In this document: one piece after another, positions 9,668 through 19,532 of the stretch
Numbering within the stretch: position 1 is the stretch's first letter
How the letters are laid out: each line of letters starts with the position of its first letter
Source: Promethearchaeota archaeon
GTDB taxonomy: Archaea > Asgardarchaeota > Lokiarchaeia > Sigyniarchaeales > SOKP01
Length of the DNA: 64,000 nt
Reading direction: 5' to 3'
Assembly: GCA_048940925.1 (NCBI GenBank)
Contig: JBHLOC010000002.1
Location: 1 to 64,000, forward strand
Translations under genes and position numbers: made by a program
The notes under the pieces: generated by a model
Told to the model about the DNA's origin: nothing
Database searches by the model: none
The model's input: the letters and a program-made list of their open reading frames with translations, nothing else

Positions 9668-11140
9668 TTACATCAATTCCTCCGAAGTTATTATTCCTGT
9701 TACTTTCTTATTATCATCGATAACAGGTAAAGCTGATATATTATGCTGTTTCATTTTTCTTGCGGCATTGCTTATTGGTTCGTTATCATGTGTAGTGATT
9801 ACATGTGTAGTGATAATAGAACTTAAATCATCTTTATCTTCTGCAATAGCTTTTGTAATATCAAAGCTGGTTACAATGCCTTTAAGTGTTTTTTCTTTAT
9901 TTGTGATAACAATATGATTAACATTTTTTTTAATAATTATTTCAGCAACAATCTTTATATCGCAATCTTCATAACAAATTTCTGCATTCTTTTTTAAATC
10001 TTTTACAAATTGCAATTTGGAAGATATTTTCATAGGATTAAATGTGGTGTCTGTGGGTATAGTTTCAGCAGGAGGATTTAAGTAAAATTTACTGTCCTGA
10101 ATCCATTTTTTGAGAGTTGCAGCAATCTTTCGACTGTAATACAATGAAGATAATGAAGAACATTTAACTTTATTATCATTGATTTCAATATATCCACTTT
10201 TTAATTCTTTATAATTTACCTGTCGAATTGTCGGTCGATTTCTTCGAGGAACCCCATAATCTACTATTTCTGTTAGAGTTTCATCATCTCTAATTGCTGT
10301 TTTTTTTGCTAAGTCTTCATTTAAAATAGGAATAGGAACTCCAATACCAACAAACATTGATGTACCATATTTTTCATATGATACACCACGCAAATATTCT
10401 GGAGTCATTTGCTTTAGATCTCCTTTAACAAACAACGTTCCTAGTCTATTAATTGGATTGTGCTGAGTTCCTTCTCCCATAATATAACCAACTCCTCCTC
10501 CTAAAAATATCCTGGTACCTATTCCTATAGTTTCGTAATCTGGGTCATTATTTAGTGGGTTAAGGCATCCAGCTCCAGAAAAATGAGCATTACCATAATG
10601 AGGTAATAATTTTCCCATATAAGTATATAAAGTTCTATCAGAACTATTCACAGCACAAACATATCTTTGATATGCATTTCTCGGATTACATAAAATTGCT
10701 TGATTTAAATCCTCAATTGAGAATTCTGTGTTCACTTCAGCCAAAGGATAACAATCTGTTGTGTATGAATTACCTCTCAACCTAATATTCTTACCAGAAA
10801 CTAAGTCTTCAATAACATGACCTCCGCCATATTCAAAAGGACGGACATCTGCCATTCTAGTGCATCCAATATAACAATCTACAGCAGCATTTCCATGATA
10901 TGCATGTACATCATTTAACCATAAATGCTCAAACTTTATAGGAGGATCTGTATGACCAAAATTTAAAAATGCTCCACTTGAACACATAGGTCCGAAAGTT
11001 CCCGTAGTTACTACATCAACCTCATCTGCAGCAACTTTAATCCCTTTTTCTTCTACAATTTTAATCATTTCTTCTGCAGTAACTACGACTACATCGCCAT
11101 TTTTAATTTTTTTGTTTATTTCAGAATAAGTTTTAGTCAA
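9668..11140 (-). CDS. Homocysteine biosynthesis enzyme (L-aspartate semialdehyde sulfurtransferase, DUF39 + CBS pair)
   Basis: 'VDVVTTGTFGPMCSSGAFLNFGH' and 'YETIGIGTRIFLGG' motifs; C-terminal CBS pair. Confidence 0.9.
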   Translation of the reverse strand: MTKTYSEINKKIKNGDVVVVTAEEMIKIVEEKGIKVAADEVDVVTTGTFGPMCSSGAFLNFGHTDPPIKFEHLWLNDVHAYHGNAAVDCYIGCTRMADVRPFEYGGGHVIEDLVSGKNIRLRGNSYTTDCYPLAEVNTEFSIEDLNQAILCNPRNAYQRYVCAVNSSDRTLYTYMGKLLPHYGNAHFSGAGCLNPLNNDPDYETIGIGTRIFLGGGVGYIMGEGTQHNPINRLGTLFVKGDLKQMTPEYLRGVSYEKYGTSMFVGIGVPIPILNEDLAKKTAIRDDETLTEIVDYGVPRRNRPTIRQVNYKELKSGYIEINDNKVKCSSLSSLYYSRKIAATLKKWIQDSKFYLNPPAETIPTDTTFNPMKISSKLQFVKDLKKNAEICYEDCDIKIVAEIIIKKNVNHIVITNKEKTLKGIVTSFDITKAIAEDKDDLSSIITTHVITTHDNEPISNAARKMKQHNISALPVIDDNKKVTGIITSEELM

Positions 11141-11362
11141 ATTACCACCACCTTTTACAAAAATATGTGTTTACATTTTCAAGTTTATGGGAGTATAATT
11201 AATACAAATAAAGAGTATGTATAATTTAAATAATTGATGAATAAAAAATGCATCTAATGCATATTTATTAAAAACAAAATAAATACAAAATCAAAATCTT
11301 CAGAATCCTTTTTAGTTTTATCATGTTTTTTTCAATAATATCATTCATAAAAACAAAGTTCT

Positions 11363-12289
11363 ATGGAAAAAGATACATTTTCTAACCTAAGTTCATCTAA
11401 AAGTCTAATTGCTACAATACTCTTAATTTTAACTACCATCCTTTGGGGGTCTTCATTCATTTTAACAAAATACATAATTGAAGATATTCCTATTTTCATT
11501 TATCTTGGATTAAGATTCTTAATTGCTCTATTTGGATTCATCCCTTATTTTTCTCATTTAAAAAATCTTAATAAAAAAATAATTTTAATGAGTTTTATAA
11601 CAGGAATGTTATACTTTTTTGGTATTGCGTTTCAAACCTATGGTCTACAGACTACAACAGCAGGAAAAGCCGGATTTATCACAGGATTAAGCACTATTAT
11701 AGTTCCTTTTGTTGCATGGCTTGGATTTAAAAAATCTATAAAAAAGAGAGTCTGGGGTGCTGTAGCATTGTCTACTATAGGTATGGCTTTCTTGCTGTTA
11801 GAAAGTGAATCTGGACTTGTCTTTGGTGATATCTTGGTGTTAATTTGTGCTTTTTTCTGGGCTTTCTATATAATATTTAATGATAAATATGTAAAATTAA
11901 GTGATGTATATCTTTATTCAATTATTCAAATTTCTGTCATTTCTGGAATGAGCTTTCTTTGTTCTTTAATTTTACGTGAAAATTATAATTGGACTTCAAC
12001 TCAACCAGCTTTTTGGGTTATATTGATCTATATGGGAATCGGTATAATGACTCTCACTATTTTATTCCAAAATTGGAGCCAACAATATCAAGGACCTACT
12101 CAAACAGCAATTATATTTACTCTTGAGCCTGTATTTGCAGCATTATTCGGATATTTGATCGGGAATGAGATCTTTACTCTATTTGGATGGATTGGATGTA
12201 GTCTAATTTTTATAGCAATCCTTATTACTGTGTTAAAGAATCCAGAATTAAGAGAAAAAAGAGACTCAAAAAACAAACTTTTTACTTAA
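11363..12289 (+). CDS. DMT/EamA family transporter
   Basis: About 10 TM segments; 'LWGSSF', 'GLQTTTAGKAGFI', 'IFTLEPVFA'. Confidence 0.9.
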   Translation: MEKDTFSNLSSSKSLIATILLILTTILWGSSFILTKYIIEDIPIFIYLGLRFLIALFGFIPYFSHLKNLNKKIILMSFITGMLYFFGIAFQTYGLQTTTAGKAGFITGLSTIIVPFVAWLGFKKSIKKRVWGAVALSTIGMAFLLLESESGLVFGDILVLICAFFWAFYIIFNDKYVKLSDVYLYSIIQISVISGMSFLCSLILRENYNWTSTQPAFWVILIYMGIGIMTLTILFQNWSQQYQGPTQTAIIFTLEPVFAALFGYLIGNEIFTLFGWIGCSLIFIAILITVLKNPELREKRDSKNKLFT

Positions 12290-12413
12290 ACAATGATTTA
12301 AATAAAAATATTAAGATTATTTATATAAAGGGTTGTTTTTTGATAAATGACTTTTTTTATAACAATTTTAATTAAATTTTGATTAAAAAAGTCAAGTATA
12401 TGTCGTACTGATT

Positions 12414-12572
12414 ATGACCGCACGTAAATTAAAACCTAAAGATCTAACCATTTGTTCTAAGTGCGGTAATGTTATGGTTGGAAGAGCGATTCGTACTATT
12501 AATGATGGTAAAGTTGAAATTCAAAGGATAATGCAGTGTATTGTATGTCGTTTCTGGATCGCTTTAGAATGA
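12414..12572 (+). CDS. Small zinc-ribbon protein (52 aa), absent from the ORF track
   Basis: MTARKLKPKDLTICSKCGNVMVGRAIRTINDGKVEIQRIMQCIVCRFWIALE*; two CxxC pairs. Confidence 0.75.
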   Translation: MTARKLKPKDLTICSKCGNVMVGRAIRTINDGKVEIQRIMQCIVCRFWIALE

Positions 12573-12881
12573 TTATTATTTGAAATTTCTTCTTTAAATT
12601 GATCTATTTCCGAGATGATATCATCAGGTGAGGCTCTTCCAATAGTAATACACGAACTCAAAGTTAACACTGTTAAAAGCAGTGTGAAAAGACCAACTAT
12701 TTTCGTTTTATTACTTTTTTTCATATAATTATCACTATCCTTTTTTTGAATTTCACTAAAAAAAAATTACAGTTTAATATTTAACATTTTTGTGTAATAT
12801 AACACTTAAATAGTACGATTTCATATTAGTATTTACATATTTGTTAAAAGAAGTAAGTGAGTTTTTATTAATTATAAATTA

Positions 12882-13286
12882 TTGTTTCTGTTCTTGATAT
12901 GTATTGGAATAGACTTATTAGCTTATTTATACATTCTATGGCGGATTTATAATTTTATTAGAGGTGGGAATTTTTTAGAGTTTATAACAAATGTCTTAGA
13001 ATTTCGGGAGTGGATTGGATCTCTCATTATAGCCCTTGTTTTGGGAGCTATATTAGCATTTTTTATCTTTTCTCTTGTTCGCATGAGAAATGATTTAGGT
13101 CCTGGAAGTATTTGTGTGATCATCGTTATTTTTTTATTTGGGTTTGCTATAACTACGGGATTTACTGTCATGATTGGTACTGCAGGTTTTGGTCTTCCAA
13201 TGGAAGTTTTACTTCCAATAATATTGATTATAGGAATTCATTTATCCATGGGCGCCTTGCTTATAATAGCGGCTTTTAATCTTTAA
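12882..13286 (+). CDS. Small membrane protein (~4 TM)
   Basis: Hydrophobic 134-aa ORF; start codon uncertain. Confidence 0.55.
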   Translation: MFLFLICIGIDLLAYLYILWRIYNFIRGGNFLEFITNVLEFREWIGSLIIALVLGAILAFFIFSLVRMRNDLGPGSICVIIVIFLFGFAITTGFTVMIGTAGFGLPMEVLLPIILIIGIHLSMGALLIIAAFNL

Positions 13287-14195
13287 CATGGGTATTCAAG
13301 AAGAAGATTTCTAATTAAATTTTTTATTTTCTTTCTTTTTTTAAGAGCAGGCTAATTTTCACTAATATTCACTAATTTTAAAAAATATTAAATTTATATA
13401 TACGTTAAAAAGGAGAATTAAAAATAATGGCTGTAATAAAAGAGTTAAAAAAAGAACTTACTGAAATGCGAGAAACTATGGAAAGATTAACAGTAGAATG
13501 TTCCCTTTAATTTCTTCAGAATTAAGAGCTTAATTTGTGAAAATAATCTTAAATGTTTATAAATCTCAAGATAAATACATTCTTAATTTTTTTTAAGGTT
13601 TTTATTCGAATCTACTAAATTTGTCCAGTTAACCTCAATTTTACACAATAAAGCATTATGTTCCTCAAAATATTTAAATTGGTTCCTTATTCGTAACAGC
13701 TTTAAACACAAATCTAATATTTTGCTGTGAAGGAAATGTGTATAGATAAGGTGTCCAAGTAGCCTATCTATTTTTTTTCCACATAATTATCAGGATATTA
13801 AAAACCATTGTATTGATTTCAATTCTGAAAGAGTAGAATTATATAATCTTCTTCTTTATTTTTTGCGTGTTCTCCTCTTTTAGTTCATTAATATCCATTG
13901 ATATTTTATGATTCATCACGATGAGTGGTTTATAATCAATAGTTTGCTTCTCTTGTAGGATTTAAAAGATAGAAATGAGGAACTTAGGGACAATTATAAC
14001 TCTTATTTACTAAGTACCATGAATATTCGGTAGAATCTATCATTACCGAAAGCTCAGAATATTTATTCCTACTTTTCAATAGGAATTTGACACCACCTTA
14101 GATGAGATTTTTAGCTTATGCTCAGATTCGGAACTTCCATACACCTAGTTAAATTGAATTGAATCACTAAATGTAGGAATTATTTAAAGAAAAGG

Positions 14196-14347
14196 GAAGG
14201 GAAAAAAGAAATCCGCACTTAAGTAATAAAATCAGGGAGAGAATTAAACTCTTATGAGTTTAATAGAGGGCGTAATCGATGCACGAGATGTTCGGGCTTC
14301 TGAAATCCAATGTTTATGCGAATTTTCTTGTAGTTAGGTTTCCCTTC
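14196..14347. ncRNA. Candidate structured RNA or small inverted-repeat element
   Basis: Terminal pairing gaagggaaa/tttcccttc and aagaaatccgca/tgcgaattttctt; internal hairpin attaaactc-ttat-gagtttaat; GC-richer than flanks; no ORF with a start codon. Confidence 0.35.
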
Positions 14348-14520
14348 TTATATGTTGTTAGGTTTTTTTAATATAAAAATTAATTGTTTATAAAATATTA
14401 TGTTCTTATAGAACGTATTTACGGATTCGAAATTTTTGAGTTTTAACTCATTCTAAATATATGACAAAATTACAAATATTTCATATATTTAAAATACTGA
14501 AGCTTTATGGATTATCAAGC

Positions 14521-15327
14521 CTAATTTAATATGTCAGAAATTCTTAATTTTAGACCATCTTCAGCAGCTATAACTTTTTTTATAGATGTATTTTCTCTTA
14601 ATTTTATTACTTGACTAGGCACATGATTTTTATTAGTCCGAGGGCCATCCATAAATGACCCAAAATGCGTAATAATTAAACCATCTAATGGAGGATTTAT
14701 TTTATTTAAATATGGAATAACCTCATCAGTACATACATGCCTTTTACAAGTGACTGAATCAGGGCGTAAAAGATTGAGAATAAGAATATTTACATTAGAG
14801 AATTGTTCTGAAAAACCATTAAAAACCATAGTGTCACTCGTATAAGCGAGAGAATAATCTGAAAGATTAAATCTTATACCAAATCCTTCATTATAGGGAG
14901 AATGAACGACTTTCGTTCCAAAGAGTTCAACACCTTTATAAGTAAATGTATCACCTGCTTTAAATCGCACAATTTTTTCAAGCATATTTAAATGATATGT
15001 GGAGATAAGATTGATTACCTCATCAGTAGTGATTAATACTCCTTTTTTATGATAATTATAGTTCTTATCATGTAAAACTTCTCTTGAGCTTTCAATTATA
15101 GCACTAATATCATTGTAATGATCGACATGAGCATGGGATACAATGAACAGTTCAGTTTTTACTGGATCTTCTTTATATTGATTGATTCGCACTAGAGCTC
15201 CAGGTCCAGGATCTATATGGGCTTGTATATTTTTAAATTTGTATAATATACCACCAGTAGCACGATATTGAGTCCGTATATGATGCCTTCCTCCGCCAGA
15301 TCCTAGTATAATAATTTGATCGTTCAT
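14521..15327 (-). CDS. MBL-fold metallo-hydrolase
   Basis: IDPGPG, SHAHVDH, YTSDT and THF motifs. Confidence 0.85.
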   Translation of the reverse strand: MNDQIIILGSGGGRHHIRTQYRATGGILYKFKNIQAHIDPGPGALVRINQYKEDPVKTELFIVSHAHVDHYNDISAIIESSREVLHDKNYNYHKKGVLITTDEVINLISTYHLNMLEKIVRFKAGDTFTYKGVELFGTKVVHSPYNEGFGIRFNLSDYSLAYTSDTMVFNGFSEQFSNVNILILNLLRPDSVTCKRHVCTDEVIPYLNKINPPLDGLIITHFGSFMDGPRTNKNHVPSQVIKLRENTSIKKVIAAEDGLKLRISDILN

Positions 15328-15353
15328 GATTTTTAAATTTATGTATAATAAGT

Positions 15354-15872
15354 TTAATACTTACTTATATTAACTAGTTTTCTAGCTAAAACTTCAAATG
15401 GAATCTCAACATTATACCCCGATTTAGCTGAAGTTTTAATATAATCAATCATGTTGAAAGCATTTTTAATATGAAGAGCACTATCATCATCAACAGCAAT
15501 AAAATCTTCTAAATCGTTTTTAGCACCCACTAATACAATTGGTAAATTTATATCATGAAGTCTAGCTATATTTACCCATTCAAGGATATCTCCAATTTTA
15601 GGCATTTTAGTCATATCAAATAACAAGAGTGCCCCTCGTGCGCCCATAACATAATTTTCAAGAAGATATCTAAACCTCTTTTGCCCTCCTAAGTCCCAGA
15701 GTTGCAATGAACAATGGAAATCATCAAAAGCGATTTCTTTAATAAAAAATTCAACTCCTATTGTCATTATTGTACTTTCATCAAAAAATCCATCTACATA
15801 TCTACGTAACAAACTTGTTTTACCTACACCTCCTTCTCCCGTCACTAATACCTTAAATAAAAAATTACGCAT
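15354..15872 (-). CDS. Rab-like small GTPase
   Basis: GEGGVGKT, TIGVEF, WDLGGQ, AKND, TSAK; ATG at 15872 preferred. Confidence 0.9.
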   Translation of the reverse strand: MRNFLFKVLVTGEGGVGKTSLLRRYVDGFFDESTIMTIGVEFFIKEIAFDDFHCSLQLWDLGGQKRFRYLLENYVMGARGALLLFDMTKMPKIGDILEWVNIARLHDINLPIVLVGAKNDLEDFIAVDDDSALHIKNAFNMIDYIKTSAKSGYNVEIPFEVLARKLVNISKY

Positions 15873-16046
15873 TTGTTTTCCTAGCAATGAATTATAAATA
15901 GATTTATAATAAGTGATAAATAATAAAACATCTATTTATTTTAACATATAAAAATATCCTTCAATTTTAAATTCACTATCTTTAATGCTTATTCTAATGG
16001 ATAAAGATTTTTGTAGTTTTATTTTTCAACTATAATTCGATTTTTT

Positions 16047-18302
16047 TTAAAGGTCTAGTTCTTGCTTTAATATATCATCAATTTTTTTGAAAAGTACTTT
16101 TAATTCCGTTGCTAAGATATTTTGAATTTTAAATTTAGAAATTTTAATTTCGCCATTTTTAGATATATCGTTGATTACTCGTTTTGCTATTTCTTGTCCT
16201 TTCTGACCTAAGACTATTAATTTTTGATGGTTAGGGATTTTTGAGTTAAATTTTCTAATAGGTATATCTAATGGTAATTTAAAAATATGTCTTGAACTTT
16301 TCATTATTTTAACTTGTTTAGTAAAAAGATCTGAATTCAGGATTGCCAACAAATAATAAGCCTCATCAAGGTTATTAGTTTCAAAAAAACTGAGATCCCC
16401 AGTTATTAAGAAATCTCCTAGTATAATTGCAGCGTTTAGTATGGAACCTGAATTATTATATACTACTTTGATTTTCGACAATTGTCTGGAATTTATTAAT
16501 TTCCCCCATCTATCCAGATTTTCCATTAAGGATTTATGTTTTGTAGTAACTTTTTTTTTCTCCAAATATATAGAATTAATTTTATCATAGAACTTTTTAG
16601 CGTTTTCTGGTAAGACCTCATGCTTAAATTCTAAATTATCTTTTGAGAGTGGAAGAAACACTTGATAATAGTCATAAATGAAAAATTTAACTAATTCTGT
16701 ACTTTTCACCACATTAAATATAAAATCTTTTTCAACCAACTCTCTCTTATATTCCATTTTATTCCAAGGAGGTTTTGCTTTTTTAAAAATTCTAGTATCA
16801 GGAGTGATATATACATACCTGTCATTGACTTTTTCAGTCATAACAAAAATTAAATTTCTTGGGTTGAGATCTGCTCCTTTATGAAATAAATTCTTATAGT
16901 GTCCGTTTTTAGAAACAATTAATTTCTTACTTTCGTCAATTGGAATAAATTTTTTAGTGAAATGCTTCTTATTTTTTGTTTCTACACCATAAGGTACCAG
17001 TAAATCTTTATCTTTTATTTTTAATTTGACATGACTAAAATAATAAAGGCTCGGTTCATTATCCTCTATTGAATATTTTAAAGTTGGAATCTTTAATTCT
17101 AGGGAATCTTGAGACCCATTGGATTTTTGGGCAAAAAGGCATATAAAATCTATATTGAAGATTTTTTCGATATCCTTATCAAATTCCCAGATTTTTATAT
17201 TCATAAATCCCTCAAAATTGCGGAATCGAGAAGTATGAGAACCTGTTATTACTCCTTTAGTAATCACGAAGAATATCTTTCCCTCTATTTTTAGATATAG
17301 ATTAGCTGATTGGTAGAAAAATATGGAAGCCATCTCAATATTTAAAATATTTTTTGGTTGAGGTTTGATATTTAATTGATCAGCTAGATGTTTCACTTTT
17401 TCTTGATATTCTATTGATTGAATATCACTATAAGTATACCAAGGTGGATTTCCAATAATAAGATCAAAATAATTAACAAATTTATTATGAATAGGGAATA
17501 TTGAATCAAGTTTTAATAAATTGACTTTTATGTCATGCATTATATCTTCTAATACATACAAAAGGTTAATCTTTGTAAGATAAATAGATAAGGGATTTAT
17601 ATCAAAGCCGTAAAGATTATTAAGCGCCATAATTTTTTGTTTTTTGTTTGCATTTGAGCTGATTATGACTTTAGCAATTTCTATTAAAAAATTTCCTGTT
17701 CCACAACAAGGATCTAAAACCCTTTCACCAAGTACATACGTTGTTTCAACCATTTTTTTTACTAAGAAAGGTGGAGTGTAAAATTCACCTGATTTATGGC
17801 GTATTATTGGAGAAATAAAATTTTGGATAAAATAATCAAAGAAAAATTCAGGTTCAATCTTCAAATATGATAGGTGAAAATATAGTGTCTTAATGAGTTT
17901 ATTAAAGCTCTTTATATTCTTTTCAATACAAAGCGTTAAAATTGGTTCGAAATAATTAAATTCAAAAATTTTAACATTCTTATAATTATCTTCTATTTTT
18001 TCTATAATATCCTTGTACTTTTTTATAGAATTATCCTGCTCAAATAAATAAAATTCATTTTTTAAAATATACTTTGAAATGAATTCAAGACTTAATAAGA
18101 AAAGTAAAGATAAAGCAATGTATAGCTGTGTATTTACATAACCATTCCCATAAATATCATCAAAATCCTGAATCCATTGCTTAAATCCCATTTTGTTAGT
18201 AGGGTCATTCTCGATTAAGATTTTTTCTAATTCTTTTATTCTATTGACTATTACTTGTATATCTAAATTCTTATGGTTATTTTTGGATAAATTTTTGACC
18301 AA
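16047..18302 (-). CDS. N6-adenine DNA methyltransferase (type IIG/Eco57I-like MTase module)
   Basis: GEFYTP, LDPCCGTGNFL (SAM binding), IIGNPPW (catalytic). Confidence 0.8.
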   Translation of the reverse strand: MVKNLSKNNHKNLDIQVIVNRIKELEKILIENDPTNKMGFKQWIQDFDDIYGNGYVNTQLYIALSLLFLLSLEFISKYILKNEFYLFEQDNSIKKYKDIIEKIEDNYKNVKIFEFNYFEPILTLCIEKNIKSFNKLIKTLYFHLSYLKIEPEFFFDYFIQNFISPIIRHKSGEFYTPPFLVKKMVETTYVLGERVLDPCCGTGNFLIEIAKVIISSNANKKQKIMALNNLYGFDINPLSIYLTKINLLYVLEDIMHDIKVNLLKLDSIFPIHNKFVNYFDLIIGNPPWYTYSDIQSIEYQEKVKHLADQLNIKPQPKNILNIEMASIFFYQSANLYLKIEGKIFFVITKGVITGSHTSRFRNFEGFMNIKIWEFDKDIEKIFNIDFICLFAQKSNGSQDSLELKIPTLKYSIEDNEPSLYYFSHVKLKIKDKDLLVPYGVETKNKKHFTKKFIPIDESKKLIVSKNGHYKNLFHKGADLNPRNLIFVMTEKVNDRYVYITPDTRIFKKAKPPWNKMEYKRELVEKDFIFNVVKSTELVKFFIYDYYQVFLPLSKDNLEFKHEVLPENAKKFYDKINSIYLEKKKVTTKHKSLMENLDRWGKLINSRQLSKIKVVYNNSGSILNAAIILGDFLITGDLSFFETNNLDEAYYLLAILNSDLFTKQVKIMKSSRHIFKLPLDIPIRKFNSKIPNHQKLIVLGQKGQEIAKRVINDISKNGEIKISKFKIQNILATELKVLFKKIDDILKQELDL

Positions 18303-18417
18303 AAACTAAAACTCCTCTTTCATTATTGCCTAACATAATCAATGAATTAATATTTAAATATTAATTAAATATTTCAATATTATTTATTAGTCGTAAATTA
18401 AATGAAGAATCGAAATT

Positions 18418-19017
18418 TTGACCTCAATAGAAATTAAACTTTCCAAGAAACTTGAGAATGGAATTGAATTTTCTTGCCAGATGTGTGGTTCTTGTTGTAG
18501 GGGATTAAACGAAGGGGAAGTATATTTGTACAAAGAGGATATCATTAGGTTAGCCAATTTTTTAGATTTAAAGGATAAAAAAGGTTTAAGACAATTTGCA
18601 CTAAAGTATCTTAAAATTATTGAAACATCCTTTTATTGGAAAGAACCAAAAGCAGAAAGAGGAAAAATATATCGGTTTAAGACTCTTGGCTTTAAGTTTA
18701 CAGGAGATGATGAACATTGCCAGTTTTTAGTAAATAATTCGTGTAGTGTACATAAATATAGACCATTCCAATGTAGGTGTTTCCCCTTTTGGCAAATGAT
18801 GGTCTCAAGTAGAAGAACTTTTATAGACTATACAAAGAAATGTAAAGGCTTACAAATTTCAAAAGGTAGATTTTATTCTAAGAAGGAAATATTGAGTTGG
18901 GCAAAAGCAGAATATGAAATAGAAAGAAAATTCTTTTTAGAAATGAAGAAATACAATTTTGATCTTTCTAAAGTATATCCTTTCTTACCAAAAGAAATGG
19001 TTAATAAGGAGATATAA
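18418..19017 (+). CDS. YkgJ-family cysteine-cluster protein
   Basis: FSCQMCGSCC...CQFL...CSVHKYRPFQCRCFPFW. Confidence 0.85.
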   Translation: MTSIEIKLSKKLENGIEFSCQMCGSCCRGLNEGEVYLYKEDIIRLANFLDLKDKKGLRQFALKYLKIIETSFYWKEPKAERGKIYRFKTLGFKFTGDDEHCQFLVNNSCSVHKYRPFQCRCFPFWQMMVSSRRTFIDYTKKCKGLQISKGRFYSKKEILSWAKAEYEIERKFFLEMKKYNFDLSKVYPFLPKEMVNKEI

Positions 19018-19019
19018 AG

Positions 19020-19388
19020 ATGCCAAAAGGGCTAATTGTAATGAAATATAATGAGAGAAGCGGGGCAGATATAAAAGCCAGTTTTCCTCAAGAAGAATTA
19101 GATATAAGTAGTAGAACTTTGATGAATATTTTTAGTCTGCATGAATTTAGCGAAGAAGCGGGAATTGTAAGCTTCACTGTAGGGGATATAAATATAATAA
19201 CTTATTATACTGGGGTAGATTTAGATTATTTTATTATACTAATATTAAATATACTCGAAAATCCGGATGATTATGAAGAAGTTTTACAGGAAATTTCTCA
19301 AACAATATTAAAAAATTTAGAAAAAGATAAATACATAAAGATGCTACCTTCTCTTTATAAACAAATAACTAAACATTCTAACAAGTAA
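19020..19388 (+). CDS. Small longin-like domain protein (putative)
   Basis: 122 aa; 'GLIVMKYNERSGADIKASFP' start and C-terminal helices are consistent with a longin fold. Confidence 0.5.
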   Translation: MPKGLIVMKYNERSGADIKASFPQEELDISSRTLMNIFSLHEFSEEAGIVSFTVGDINIITYYTGVDLDYFIILILNILENPDDYEEVLQEISQTILKNLEKDKYIKMLPSLYKQITKHSNK

Positions 19389-19532
19389 GAAAAGGATTAA
19401 GTTTAAAATTTTGCTTTTTAATTTTGTAAGATTATATTAATTAATTGTTTATTTTTATTACGAATAATTATTAAAATAGAGATTTTTTATAAGACATAGA
19501 GAAATTCTCTAATATAAAATGAGGAGAGAAAT

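Noticed and set aside
13300-14150. Coding sequence in the long gap
   Set aside because: The frames I translated have frequent stops and no recognisable motif; possibly a decayed gene but not supportable
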